Shown here one piece after another: positions 27,780 through 39,399 of a stretch of 64,000 nt of DNA. Where the stretch lies: NCBI GenBank assembly GCA_036172245.1, contig JAYWIR010000041.1:930001-994000 (forward strand), read 5' to 3'. Every line of letters starts with the position of its first letter. The stretch's first letter is position 1. The position numbers and the translations under genes were made by a program. The notes below the pieces were generated by a model. The model saw only the letters and a list, made by a program, of their open reading frames with translations, did not search any database and was not told where the DNA came from. The stretch is from Raillietiella orientalis (lineage: Eukaryota).

Positions 27780-28500
27780 TGGTTTATCACCCAGGCACGC
27801 CGGGACGTTTATTATAAAGCATAATAAACTAATATGTGTAAGGCCATCGGTCCTACATAGTCCGAGAATGTTCGGAACCTGCCGAGTAACCGGCACGCAG
27901 GCCGGCAAGGTCCGCCTCGGCAGCGGAGGGGGAAAGGACCAAAAAAAATAAAAATCAATAATGAAAAAAACTCTGGGGGGCAGAAGAAGGGACTTCTGTC
28001 TGTTGGAGAGCGTCCTCTTCATGCTTTCCAGGATGCCGACAAGTTCCATCCGAGTATGGGTCCCGGGTGGGATCATCTAGCTGCCACCCGCAGGAAGCGC
28101 AGGGAGAAGCAGATGGCGTCCCAATCACGCCGTCCTCCTCTCACGTAGCTCCAGGCCGCCACAATCCCACGTAGACAGCAGAGAGCTGCTGGGGATGAGG
28201 CAGGCGAAAGGGCATCGCGCACGAAAAGAGGCCTCATCCCGTCCCTGGGATTGTCCCTCGATGAGCCAAGGGTCGTTGAGAAACGCAACCATAGGGGCCG
28301 GAGGGCAACACAGTCTACAAGCAGGTGCGGGAGCTGGGATTTCCGTTCCCTGCACCTGCCATAGTTCGGGTACACAGCCCCTCAAATCCATTGAGACCGG
28401 CGGGCGTTGTACGGGAAACCCCAGTGCAACGGCAGAAGTGCCGACCCTTGCCACTTTCGGGGGAGGGCCCGGCTGTTCTTCAATGCTGGGGCCACTGCCT
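27780..28500 (-). mobile_element. Nested 3' fragment of the L1/Tx1-like family (zinc knuckle to 3' terminus)
   Basis: Degenerate CCHC knuckle YGRCRERKSQLPHLLVDC, CCLRGIVAAWS, T-rich UTR, terminal AATAAACGTCCCGGCGTGCCTGGGTGATAAACCA. Confidence 0.72.
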
Positions 28501-30715
28501 GAGGGATTCCCAGCAGCTCGATCCAGCGCAACAGTCCCTTCGGTGGGGCACTAGGAGTCGCATCGTCTGTGAGCTGGCCCGTGGTCCAGCTACCTTCGGT
28601 CTCCCACCAATCTCACTTCGAACCTCCCATTTGGTCTGCTGACTACTGTCCAGGTGCTCCCTGAAGGAGGACATTGCCGCAGCTAGGGAGGCTCTGTGTG
28701 CCCACGTACACGTGGTGGGCTGCACGATGACATCCTGCAGCGAGCGGTTGCTGTAAAAGGAGTGCAGCAGTGGCTGCCGCATCTCCGTGTTCGCTTCGTT
28801 GTTCTTGACCCATGTGCGAACGGTTTCGTGAAGCCAGGCACTACCGTTCGCGGGTCGGCAGAAGATCCAGTTGTTGGTCCTGGTCTGCGTGGTCCTGGTC
28901 TCGCCGGGGCTTCAGTCCGCAGCGGGACACGTTGCGTCTGCGCCGCCGCGCCTGGAACGAAGACAGTGCGGCGTGGCCGGCGGCTGGCTCGACCAGGTAT
29001 CTTGCAGACTCGCCCCAGTTCGTGCCGCAAAACTTCGTCACTAGGGCATGAGTCCTCCACTGGAACTGCCGCTCCAGGTGCTCCAGCGTCAGGAACCTAG
29101 GTCTCCGTCGCGACGGGAAGGGCAAAAGTCCTTCAGGCGGACTCCTCTCTGTGCCACAGAGGGCGAAGCCTATGGTGTCCTGGTTGCAGCATCTCTGGAG
29201 GGCCAGCCAGATTGAAACCGCTTGGGGATCCTTACGGGCAGGTCACTTCAAGTACCACGGCGTCCTTGCGAGCAAATTCTGTTCCGCAGAAGTGGGATCC
29301 GACTACCTTCAAAAAGAAGACTCTGGGTCCGTTCCTTGAGGATAGGTTCTTTCTGCCGGAGTGGGTCCGCAACGCTTTTGCTGACTCCCCCCTCCGACCC
29401 TTTCTTGTTTGTTCTTCTCCCAATGGGGCGAGGTTGCTAAGAAAGACGCTCTGGGGCGTCTTGTGACCCCGGGTCTGCCTTGAGGACATTACTATCCTAT
29501 AAAGGAATATCGGGCTCAGCATTCTGATTTTGGAAGGATGGAGCTGCAGCTCTAGCTCAGAAGATTCGCTCTGATGAAGAGGGTATACACCATCAGTAGC
29601 TCCTTTCCTCTCGCCACATTCTACGGTCGGCTGCAAGCTACTTGCATCCCTCCTCTCAAGCAACCGGAAATTAATGAAGCTCTTGAGGTTTCCCATGAAG
29701 CAGCTTGCCTCCCTCCTGGGCTCCAACGAGTGGATCTCCTACTACCCTGTGAACTTCTATGCTTAGAGGCAGGAGTCCGTGGACACTTGAGCAGTTGAAC
29801 TGCACCATCCCGGAACATTTCCTGTCGGTCCAGTGGTTCGGCAGGATGTCCCTGAAAAGAATCGTCGAGGAACAGACCAAGCTGACTCGCGCATCCTCCA
29901 CACCTACTTCGTTCGCAGCGCTGCTTTCCTATGAAAAAGAGATGGTAGTTGCCTACCAACGAGTCAGGAGTTCTCCTGCACCATCCAAGGAGTGGAAAAA
30001 CTCCTAGGCGGGTGCTGGTCAACATGGCTGCGTCCTGCTTTTAAGAGAAGGGACTTCGCAGGTGGGATGAAACTTTGGTGTGCCTCTGGAAGAACTGTGC
30101 GTCCCACCCCTGCGCCTGGGCAGTTCTGTGTTCCCCCTCAGGTGGCAACACGACGTGGTGTTCCTCTTGCACTGGAGTTTCCTTGTAAAGAGCGCATGCG
30201 TCACGTGACGAGGGGGAGCGTCTTTCCAGGGGGTACCAGGCACGGGGCAATCCAATCATTCCCGCATCTGCTGATGAACTTTGGCATCCTCTGCTCCATA
30301 CGGGAGCGCTTCGCCTTAGCTCTCGTGCATCCGGAGGGCTCTGCGGACGAATCGCTGCGCCAGTTCTCTCTGGAGAGTTTCTCGTCTTCCGCCGTGATCG
30401 CAGCGGTATGTCACATCCGGGGCATCCTAAGAGACTGCTACTCGCTGGAGTTACACCAACGGAACGGGATTGCATCTGCATCTCTGTCTCCTTCATGAGG
30501 AAGGCTTGCAGGTAGCACGGCATTGCAGTGTGCCTTAATACTTATATATAATATACATATATATGAATACATATGTATTTTTTATAATCTTCATGATATA
30601 TATTAATCCATCTATTAATTTTTATGTAAATATATACAATAAGCATACATGCGTTTATTTTCTATAAATTTAAAATATATATCAATAATCTAATCAAGAA
30701 CTCTAATTATATTAA

Positions 30716-31198
30716 CCCTTTGAGTGCTATGGACGCATTGTATCCGTTTGGCAAATGTTTTTGCCTTGTACACGCGACATAAGTTAACACTATCCATGTT
30801 TGAGATAGACGCATTCTTATCATTCCCTTAGCAACGACAGTAAACAAAATTCCATTTATATCGGCTAACGATTGTCGGTTTTTCTCGGTGTCGTATAGAA
30901 TTTGTTCTACTGTTTTTTATATTTGTGATAACTTAAAAATGTGAACGAATATTGATTTATTCGATTTTTAATTTTTAAATAAATAATATCTGTTTGGGAA
31001 AAATGAAAATATTCTAGGTAATGTGGTGTAAATAAACAATTACAATGTAACTGTAATCGGCACTTTGTAAAGTCAGTCGGCACCTCGATAGAGCACGCGG
31101 TACGCGAAAAAACGTTTCGTCCACAGGGATCGCCACTGCGACTCGCGTGCCATCAACACATTCGTCTTTGAAATCTGGCGAGCTCCGCACCCAAAGGA
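30716..31198. mobile_element. piggyBac-type MITE (483 bp, non-autonomous)
   Basis: TTAA|CCCTTTGAGTGC ... GCACCCAAAGGA|TTAA. The terminal inverted repeat matches 10/12, both ends are flanked by TTAA, and the interior is non-coding. Confidence 0.65.
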
Positions 31199-31359
31199 TT
31201 AATAAACTGCATGTCACTGAATCCTAATAAATATATAATAACAGTGCTCTGATAATATTACTTTTAAGAATATGTATGTTAATAAATATGAATGACTATG
31301 CATATTAAAACGAATTTGTATATTAATCTATGTAGAATGTGCATAGTTTTTTTTTTTTT

Positions 31360-32016
31360 ATGGTCTTTCGGATTCGAACCAGATCCGCGGAGCAGAAGTC
31401 TCCTAAGGTCACTCCAAGGTGTCTCGTTGTGCTGCCCACGGAGATCCTCAAGTGGATCTGGCTGCCCCGCGAAAGACAGCGTTACTGAGAGAGCGGGAAC
31501 GCATCCCCTAACTGTGCCAGGGACTGCAAGTACCTCCGCAGAGGATGGCTGCATCCGGAGGACTCCCCTCTCCGGCTTCCGAGGCTCATGGCTGTCCCGT
31601 GCTGCAGCCATTCGGCCCCCTCGCGAACCACCACGTGGTGCAGCAGCGGCAGCGTTGGAGGACGGCCAGCCGCTTCACCTCATCCGCAACGCGGATGGTC
31701 TCACCTCCGCATCTTGGTCTCCTCCCGGATCGCTTCCGGATTGCGGAGACGCTAAAAGGAAGACAAAAGAATCCCTCCGTTCCCCTCGCTCCCTCATTTT
31801 CCGGAGGCGATAATCGTTTTGCACCCAGTGTTTCCCCATATCGTGTGCATAGTTATTTGTTTTTCATCCTCCTCTGATCTCATCAACCTCTCTCTTCCGC
31901 GTGTGTCCTGGCTACCGACCTGGGTGTCGGCGTTCTCCGGCTCGTGCCTCCAAGGCACATGGATGCGTGTTTATTCACTCTGAATAAACGTCCCGGCGTC
32001 ACCGGTCTTGAAACCA
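31360..32016 (+). mobile_element. 3' fragment of the L1/Tx1-like family
   Basis: Internally deleted knuckle SPNCARDC. The terminus AATAAACGTCCCGGCGTCACCGGTCTTGAAACCA shares its first 17 nt exactly with the 27780-27813 copy. Confidence 0.6.
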
Positions 32017-32439
32017 TTTGACATCGGATCTAGAGGACACACTCTCTTTCTCATGATTCCAGTGTTTCTTTTCTTTTTTTTTCCAAATATTAAAGAAGAG
32101 AGACCAATGGGTCATAGGGTGGTCATTGAATAAATCATCATCATGTAAAATACAATATATAAAAAAACACTATCCCTGCCGGCTGCACTGCTTCAATTGT
32201 AAAGTTCCCCAAATCGACGAGACTTCAAATTCGGTTCTTCTATTGAGCATCTTCCAAGTGCACACAAAGGTCCCTCAGTTGAACCGTGTTTTTTCTTTTT
32301 TCCCCAAAATTCACTGCTGCCTAGATCAAGTGGTAACAAAGTTCGAGCCACTTGAAGGTTACATTTATCTGGATGGAGTGAAAGTAGCTGCACAACCGCT
32401 CTACAACCCGTCTGTCTTCCTTAAAGCTCTTCTCCTTGC

Positions 32440-33240
32440 AGCCAGCTGTTAGGGACACGATCCCTGTGGTCCGAGCAACGAGGTCATAACGACCGCCAAA
32501 GGAAACTCAGACGAAAAGCATTCCTTCCTGCTAGCCTGCTTTTCTGAGACTGCTTGGGAACCCAGCAAGCGACGGTCTTTCGGTGCTGCAGCCAGAGTCA
32601 ACACGAGGTTGGATGCAGAAATCTTCAAATGTCAACAGTCAGGGATCCTTACGAATGCAGGTTTCGTTCCTCGCCACCGAGGAACTTCTCTTCGATAAAG
32701 GCGATGTCAGGGAGACGAGAGCGTGTTGTAATGCCGGTTTTCGGTGCTTTGACGGTCCGTCTGGCAGTCTCGCGATGCATCCCCCGAAAGACAGAATCTA
32801 GTGTAAACAGCAGCATCTAGTGTAAATAGACAGTCTGATCACGGAGTTGCTGAAGCGCAGGAAAAGTCCTGTGTTTCAGTCGCAGCAATGGGAAACTCAG
32901 AGCCGAGCAGTATGAGGCAGTCCTCTGTACCTCGTGCTATTTGTCATTTATTCATTCCCATCTCCTGAGATTTCCTCCAAACTTCTCTCTCTCTTCCTCA
33001 GATGTTAAACGCCTTCTTTCCCTCCTCTCTTGTCTAATAATAAAAGGAATGGATATGAATAATTGTGTAGGAACAGCTCGCTTCGAAGCCAGGGGCGCAG
33101 ACAGCGGTATCGCTTCTCTGGGCCCGTTGTCTCCGAGAATCTAAGGGTTGTCCTTGACGACCTTCTTTCAAAGACATACTCCAAATTTCCTACCAAGCTA
33201 AGCTCACCAATTCCATGCTGTCCAAACACTGTTTCCTATT
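32440..33240 (-). pseudogene. Possible IFI44-like P-loop GTPase remnant
   Basis: FGQHGIGELSLVGNLEYVF...ETTGPEKRYR...YPFLLLLDKRGGKEG parallels the IFI44-family G1-G3 region as recalled from memory. The Walker A Lys is replaced by Glu and stops follow. Confidence 0.33.
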
Positions 33241-34358
33241 CCTTAGAAAGTTGCTTTTCGAAAGCGCCCCTGGACGATTCCATAAAAAAAGAATGCCAGA
33301 GTCTTCGAGAAAAAAAGAGTGAAAAATTCAAAACCCATAGTGCAGGATGAAAACTACAAATGCCCTTCTTGTTTGCAGATTGTTTTATCTATACTCAGCA
33401 TCCTCCACGGGCACCAGAAGGATTTAATATTGCTGAAAGCACAGAGAATTTAAACAGACAAATCTGAAAACAACTACTGTTGATAAAACTATTAATTTTC
33501 TTGGGTTTATTTCTATTATAGTAAGATATTTTGAAGTTGCCAACTGGCAAATTCTCAGTTCAGTCTTTGCTTTCACTGTCCTTAAAATTTTGGTTGTGTT
33601 TATTTCATCGAAAAGAAATGCTTTTAGGCATAATATGTATACATTATACAGAAATGTAAATGTTTAAAACTATGAACTAAATTATCGACAGTTTCAACAA
33701 CTTATGCGTTTTTGTCATATTTCTATCTCACCTGTCATGTTGTAGAATAAAATACGTCTATGAATATTCTAAGCATTTATGGTATTCATACAATGAAGCT
33801 TATTATCAATTCTCTCTCCAAGATATTATCATAAATATTATATATCATGCCAGGTGTAATATAAATATACTTAATTGAGGAAATTCACCTTACTAATAAC
33901 CATTACCTGTGGAATCAGATTAAATAGCCATATATTCTGAAATATGAAAATTAAACACAATGGAACGACAAGAAATTTGCAGTCAACTTTGCCATGTTTA
34001 ATGAGATGAAATAGTTATGATTCTTGTCTTAACCAAATAAAGCAAGTTTAATTAAAAGTTTCAAGCGAATTAGCATAGGGCTTCATGAAAGTAAAATTCA
34101 AAATGGGCTGGATATCAACATTCTCAAACTTCACATGAAAATACTGAAGACCTCAGTGAACAATCAAAAGCCTAATTACCGGATAATTAAGCTAAACATA
34201 TTTGAGGCTGGAAAAATGACTAAATTTGGAGAACATTCAAAGTTCAACTTCCTCTCAAAAATTGTCCCGGAAATCTTGTCTTACACGTGTTTTTATATTA
34301 AAATAGAAGAGTGTCTATTTTTCAGCTATGCATGTGAACTCTCAACTACAACTCAACC

Positions 34359-34812
34359 TCACTGGATGCCTGCAGGCAACGGAACTTCCTCTGGAATGAC
34401 CGAGCGTAGACAGCGATGCACATCCGCACGGAACCCACCGAGGATGTCCGAGGAAACTCGCAGCTCTTGCAGGACCTCCGCTCTCACAGATGGGGTGAAA
34501 CTCGGCTCTCTTCCAAGGTCTGCGAGGTATGCCGGGAGCGCTGTGTCATGAGACGGGAACTGGTGGGCTTCTGACACTCTGGAGAGGCACCCTCCCGAGG
34601 AGGGTATCAACCAGCTCCATGGCACGCGATGGACAGCTCCCATCTTCAGACCGGAGGGGAACACCTGATTCCCGCAAGGGCGTCGAGAGGTCAAACTTCC
34701 AATCCCGGTCACTCAAAGGGGTATCCGGGCACGCATGACACAACCAAGTCTTGTAAAAAAAGATTGCTGCCACCTGCAATGCCGCAGGTGCAAGCAAACT
34801 TCCTAGCCGCAT
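34359..34812 (-). repeat. Unidentified repeat family A, copy 1 (shared core 34567-34727, with coding-like extension)
   Basis: The core is the reverse complement of 35618-35779 and ~46075-46236, and a direct copy of 41895-42058. Confidence 0.8.
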
Positions 34813-35399
34813 GGATGGCAGCCCGATGGTCCCGGTCGCTGCACTGGGGATCTGCGTGCAGGGGATGCTCCGTTGTCATCTGACCGTGGGGGGAGGATGG
34901 AAGAGAGGAAGGTTTCCAGGCACTGTGCGGGGAATTCATCCCCCACCCTCTTCTGGACCGGGCTGCCATTCGGGCTGGAAACGCGCGGCAGGAGCCACTC
35001 ACCCTTTTCCGTCCGGAAGGCAGCGCCGAGGGCTTTTCCAGGCGTTCCCCCACCTGGTGCACACCTCTATCCGCCGCTACCGTGGCGATCCCTGCGCTCT
35101 AGCCACTGCGCCGGAGCAGCTCGTCTTGCGACGGAGCCCTGCCAACGGCGGAGGGAGGTCATCCTCCTAGGGATCTTCATGCTAGGGAGAGCCCGCGAGG
35201 GGGCTGCTGCAGGACGAAGCGGAGGGATCGGACGGAGTCCTCTTTGCGCGAGGAGAGACGAACAGAAGGACCGGAGCACGGTGACTCCTCCCTCCCCCTA
35301 GCCCATCTTTATTCGTCCCCTTCGCACTCTGTATTCCTTTCGCCGGCTCCCCTCTCCGTTATCGATATCCTCTCCGTGTCTATTCTGGATGGGAAGACG

Positions 35400-36180
35400 C
35401 TCCAGTGCAACCCCACCGTTTTGGATTGCCCGGCCATTTACTTGTTGGTTCGCGTCGGTGGCCATATGCCCGTGGTGCCAAGCTTTGCGGGTTCGAATTC
35501 CCACATGGAGGAGGATCGACGCCAGAGAAATGGGGTGCATCATGAGATTCGAGTCCTCCCCGTGAGAATGGCGCTGGTTGGTCTTCATTCGCGTGCGGCG
35601 CTGGTGGAAGCCAGAAACCGGATGTCCCTTTGACTGACCGGGATTGGAAGTTTGACCTCCCGGAGTCCTTGCGGGAATCAGGGTGTTCCCCTCCGGTGTC
35701 AAGATGGGAGCCGTCTATTGCGTGCCATGAAGCTGGTTGACACCCCCCTCGGGGGTTACCTCTCCAGAGTGTCAGAAGCGCGCTGCTCTCTTTGGCAGCG
35801 ACCCTTAAGGAAAAATTGGAAAGCATCCCTTAGGGGTGCTCTTCAGAGGAGTAACAAGGAGCGGATCCCTTCGTGGTTCCCTTTGGAGAAGAAATAATGG
35901 AGCGGTTCCCTCCAGGGGTCCCTCCGGAGAGAACAAAGGAGAGGTTCCCTTCGTGGTTCCTTTCGGAGATAACCAGGGTAGATGGCTCCCTCCGGGGTTC
36001 CCTCCAAGACGTTTGAGGAACGGACTCCTTCCTTTGGAGCCTTCCGGGATTTATGTGATGGTCTCCTTCCGGGGTATTCCCTAACTTGAAGAGTTATTGC
36101 ACGAATCCTCTGATGGCGTAGAACCGTGTTGAAGAGCTTCGTGAGTCTCCAGGAGAACGGTTCTTCAGCACGTGGAGGAC
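35400..36180 (+). repeat. Unidentified repeat family A, copy 2
   Basis: Shares the core, the ~40-bp subrepeat block (35861-36050) and downstream sequence with 46060-46744 and, inverted, with 40547-42300. Confidence 0.82.
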
Positions 36181-36949
36181 CATTCATTCATTTAAAATAT
36201 ATGAATGTAATTTTTACGATATGTCAAGGGCCGACACGTGCTGCCGCGGAACGGTAGCGGCTGAACCTCACTGGAGACGGAACTGGGGAGGAAGTGAGGA
36301 CCAACGAAGAAGTAAACGGGGAGTGAGGATGCTTCGGCCTCAGGGTGCCAGACGTGTTGCCTGATGTCCTGCGTCGGACCGGGGAGGGACAGAAGGGAGG
36401 AAAGGGTTTCCCCATTTTCTCCATCCTGCCTAAGCGCATACTGGGGACCGACACGCTGGCCGGTGGCCTGGCATGCGCCGAAACAGGTGAACCAAATTAG
36501 CCGGGACGAAACACTGGGACAACTACCCCTCGTACTTCCTGCGTATTCCCGAACTTCGTGAAACCCATTAACTTGTTCAAGTGGCTGATCTGGGTAGGAG
36601 AAGGCCGCTAATCGGGATCTGTCCGTCTGCGTGGAAGAAGTTTCCAGGAACGTTTGCGCCTGGGAGACGATGTGCAGGCACTCTTTATTGGTGTTGGTTG
36701 TTACACGTCTAACCTGTCGCGCCTCTGGTGCTCTCATCGAGGGAAACGATTTCCGAGATTCCCTATGCAAGCAACGGCGCTTGCATCATAAAGGGCAGTC
36801 CGGTAGTTTTAACCCGCTGCCATGATTACCACCAACGTCACCGTAGCCGTCATTGCTGTCAGTTTTATTGCTGACTCTTTGTTATCTTTGAGCTCATACT
36901 TCTTGGAATAATGAAAATTTGTTTTCGTAGTCGCCATTCCCCCTCGATA

Positions 36950-37680
36950 ATGACGTCATCGTTACGTCACCAGAGGTACTGCCGCGGTTGCTGCGATCTC
37001 GATGCATGTCTCATCGTTGGCATGCAGCCATTATGAACATCTTGGGCTTCCCGACGCGAGGGAGGGTGCTGAGAACAGCACTTCATGAACGTAAGGCAAG
37101 GGAGGAGGGCAGACGATTGCGTGGGGTAAGGCGGGGTCGGAGCGACCGGAGACGTCACTCAGCAGTGCAGCGATTCCCATTCATGTCGCATTCCGTTTTT
37201 TCGGATTGAGGGCGAAGGCGTCTCCCCTACCACCAGGATGGACATGGCTCGACGGACTTCAATCACGACATTACGACACGGATCTGGAAGCTGATGAGAG
37301 CGCAGAGCCTCCTTTGCGAAGAGGAGGGAGGGAGACGAGCGCCGCTTGAGAGTGTTGGACGGTTGCTAAGGAACTCTGAAGGGGAAAAGAAACGGTTTCG
37401 AATTCACGGAATGGGGACCTAGGCTCAGCTTGCTCAACTTCCTAGGAGCACAGCGAGAAGGCGCCAAGACAGGAAGGTCGTGATGGCCCTGGGACGAGAC
37501 TCCGTCTCTTATCTTGAATCATTTCATGAGATATTCTCGTCTCTGCGCAGCAAGACATGACAGCATCGTAAGTAGGCTATTGGCAGCGACAAAAGGCACC
37601 GCAAGATGGCAGGTAATGTCTTCAAACAGGGCCGTTCCTGGGTGCAACTCCAGCCTGAGACCGGACCGCAGAACGCGGCA
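36950..37680 (+). mobile_element. NeSL/Utopia-like (RLE-clade) non-LTR retrotransposon fragment
   Basis: FTEWGPRLSLLNFLGA...DETPSLILNHFMRYSRLCAARHDSIVSRLLAA...NRAVPGCNSSLRPD matches the ET-x-HIL..C..RHN..RPD signature of restriction-like endonuclease retroelements. Confidence 0.68.
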
Positions 37681-37739
37681 TTCGTGCAATGTGCCAGCAC
37701 CTTTAGAGCGGACACCGCTTCCGAGGCGCCTCTTCACGG

Positions 37740-38188
37740 AAGGCGGACTGAGGACGGGAGCCGTCATTGCAACCGCCTGTTGCATCGGCGCCATTGTGAC
37801 AGCCTACCATGCGTTGGAGTCTCGTTTGCAGCGAAGGGAGGCCGCGCCAGCATGGCAACTGACTTCGTGAGAGCAATTGCAAGGTGGCCTCAGCTACCAG
37901 AAGTCATCAGTGAGGATGCCACCAACCACAGCCGCTTTTATGAGCGAAGGAACGACTAAGACCAAAGATCCCTGTTCCGACCTTCCATCTTTTTTCTTTA
38001 TTTATTGTTTCTTTCCTCTATTGCCTACGTTTTTTTAGAAGCCGGCCTGAGCTCCTTTGGTTATCCCCAATGAAGTTTGTTTTTTTCTTTTGGTGTCTCT
38101 TGTATTTAAGGGACGCCGTTCCCCTATGACTTGTGCTTTATTTTTTTTTCTTTTTAAACAAACATCCTAGGGTCACCGGGTAAAAACC
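37740..38188 (+). mobile_element. 3' fragment of the L1/Tx1-like family
   Basis: Homologous to 26636-27028 (inverted) and to the C-terminus at ~30390. Ends in CACCGGGTAAAAACC. Confidence 0.72.
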
Positions 38189-38399
38189 TTCAGGACGGGA
38201 TCCCCCGGAGACGAAAGAGCGCGGATGCGTTCGCATCGTTTCCTCGAAGCAGCTTCCCTATCACGCGCTGATTGGATGAGGGAGTCTTTTCCGGTCGTCT
38301 GCGCATCGCAGATTCTGGTCAGTTCTTCCACCCTGCCTATCTCGAGGAATGCCCTGAGCAAACAGCTGAACCACCCCACTGCGTTCTCGGAAGACTCGC

Positions 38400-38682
38400 T
38401 CACAAAATTCCATGACTTTGATCCTCTCTCCCCCCACATCCGCACCTCCCATCCTCACCTTCCATCCGTCCATCAAGGTGCAGAGAGCGATGCGTTTCTC
38501 TCCCACCTCTGCCACCACCTCCTACATCCAAGGTGCTATCCAGTGATTCCAATACCTGCAAGGACCACATCCACAGGTGCATCTGACTCAGCAACGCTCA
38601 GAAATGACATTCCGATCCTCGGTGGAGATTTGGATCTCTGCTTAGATGGAGGAGGAAGACTTCCCTCGCCACTTGTTGGCTG
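38400..38682 (+). mobile_element. Decayed LINE APE-endonuclease-like fragment
   Basis: SVHQGAESDAFLSHL...NDIPILGGDLDLCLD. Inverted paralog of 22363-22630. Confidence 0.55.
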
Positions 38683-39399
38683 AGGGAACGGCGACCTCCG
38701 GCGTCGGTTCCCGCCTCTCCATTCTCCTGGAGTAAGCCTGGAGAACTCACGGGAAAGAAGGCCGGGCCCCTCGGGGCTCGTCCCGAAAGCCAGGTTCCCT
38801 CACCGTTCCCACGATGACGCCCTCCGTCTCTCGTTCGCTCCCCTCGGACGAATTCGCGCCAAGTGGCAGCAAACGCGCTGTCTGAGAGGGTACCGGCGAT
38901 AGCGCCGATCGCGTGCAGAAGATGAGATGTGCTGCAGAGTGGTCGCAGCTGGCAGTTGCATGCACGCCGTGCAGAGAGTGGGGTCATCGGCGCAAGCGGT
39001 GCTCCAAGTCCCAGGACGCGATACGTGGGATGAAACAAAGATGCCAGTAGGATGACCTCAGTGTGTCCGCAGGTTCGGGAACGAGAAGTGACGAGGTGGC
39101 CAGGGATCCGACGGGAGCAACTCGGCCTCCGAGTGATTGGATGTCGGGAGAATGCTGGTGCAGCCTTCGCATCCACGCGAAGAGCGTGTCGGGCAGTGCC
39201 TGCCACTGACGACTACGGCGGTGAAAGCAGAGCTGAGATCGCGAGAACAGGACGAATGGGACGAAGGAGCTGAGCCCGATGCCGCCCTTCGGGCCGTCTA
39301 CGCAAGAGTTCCTCCGTCGGCCATGGCGGGAAACCCCCCGGACACGGGGAGCGCTGAGGGCAGTCCGTAGGCGCCGACCTCGGCACCCAGCCTACGATG

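Larger units (their letters stand above)
23960..30540 (+). mobile_element. Decayed L1/Tx1-like non-LTR retrotransposon, interrupted by nested inserts
   Basis: Motifs occur in the expected order across frameshifts and stops. ORF1-like: KGISSGVSDRDVIAALREH (~24400). APE endonuclease: RGVALV, NIYAS, LLAGEFD, CIDR, SDH (25630-26100). RT: LLPKGDLPNLGNWRPITLVNAVVKL (27080-27230) and YAGD (~27666). Thumb: FKYHGV (~29250). C-terminal QSFPHLLM...AVIAAVCHIRGI (30250-30430). Boundaries are approximate. Confidence 0.8.
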
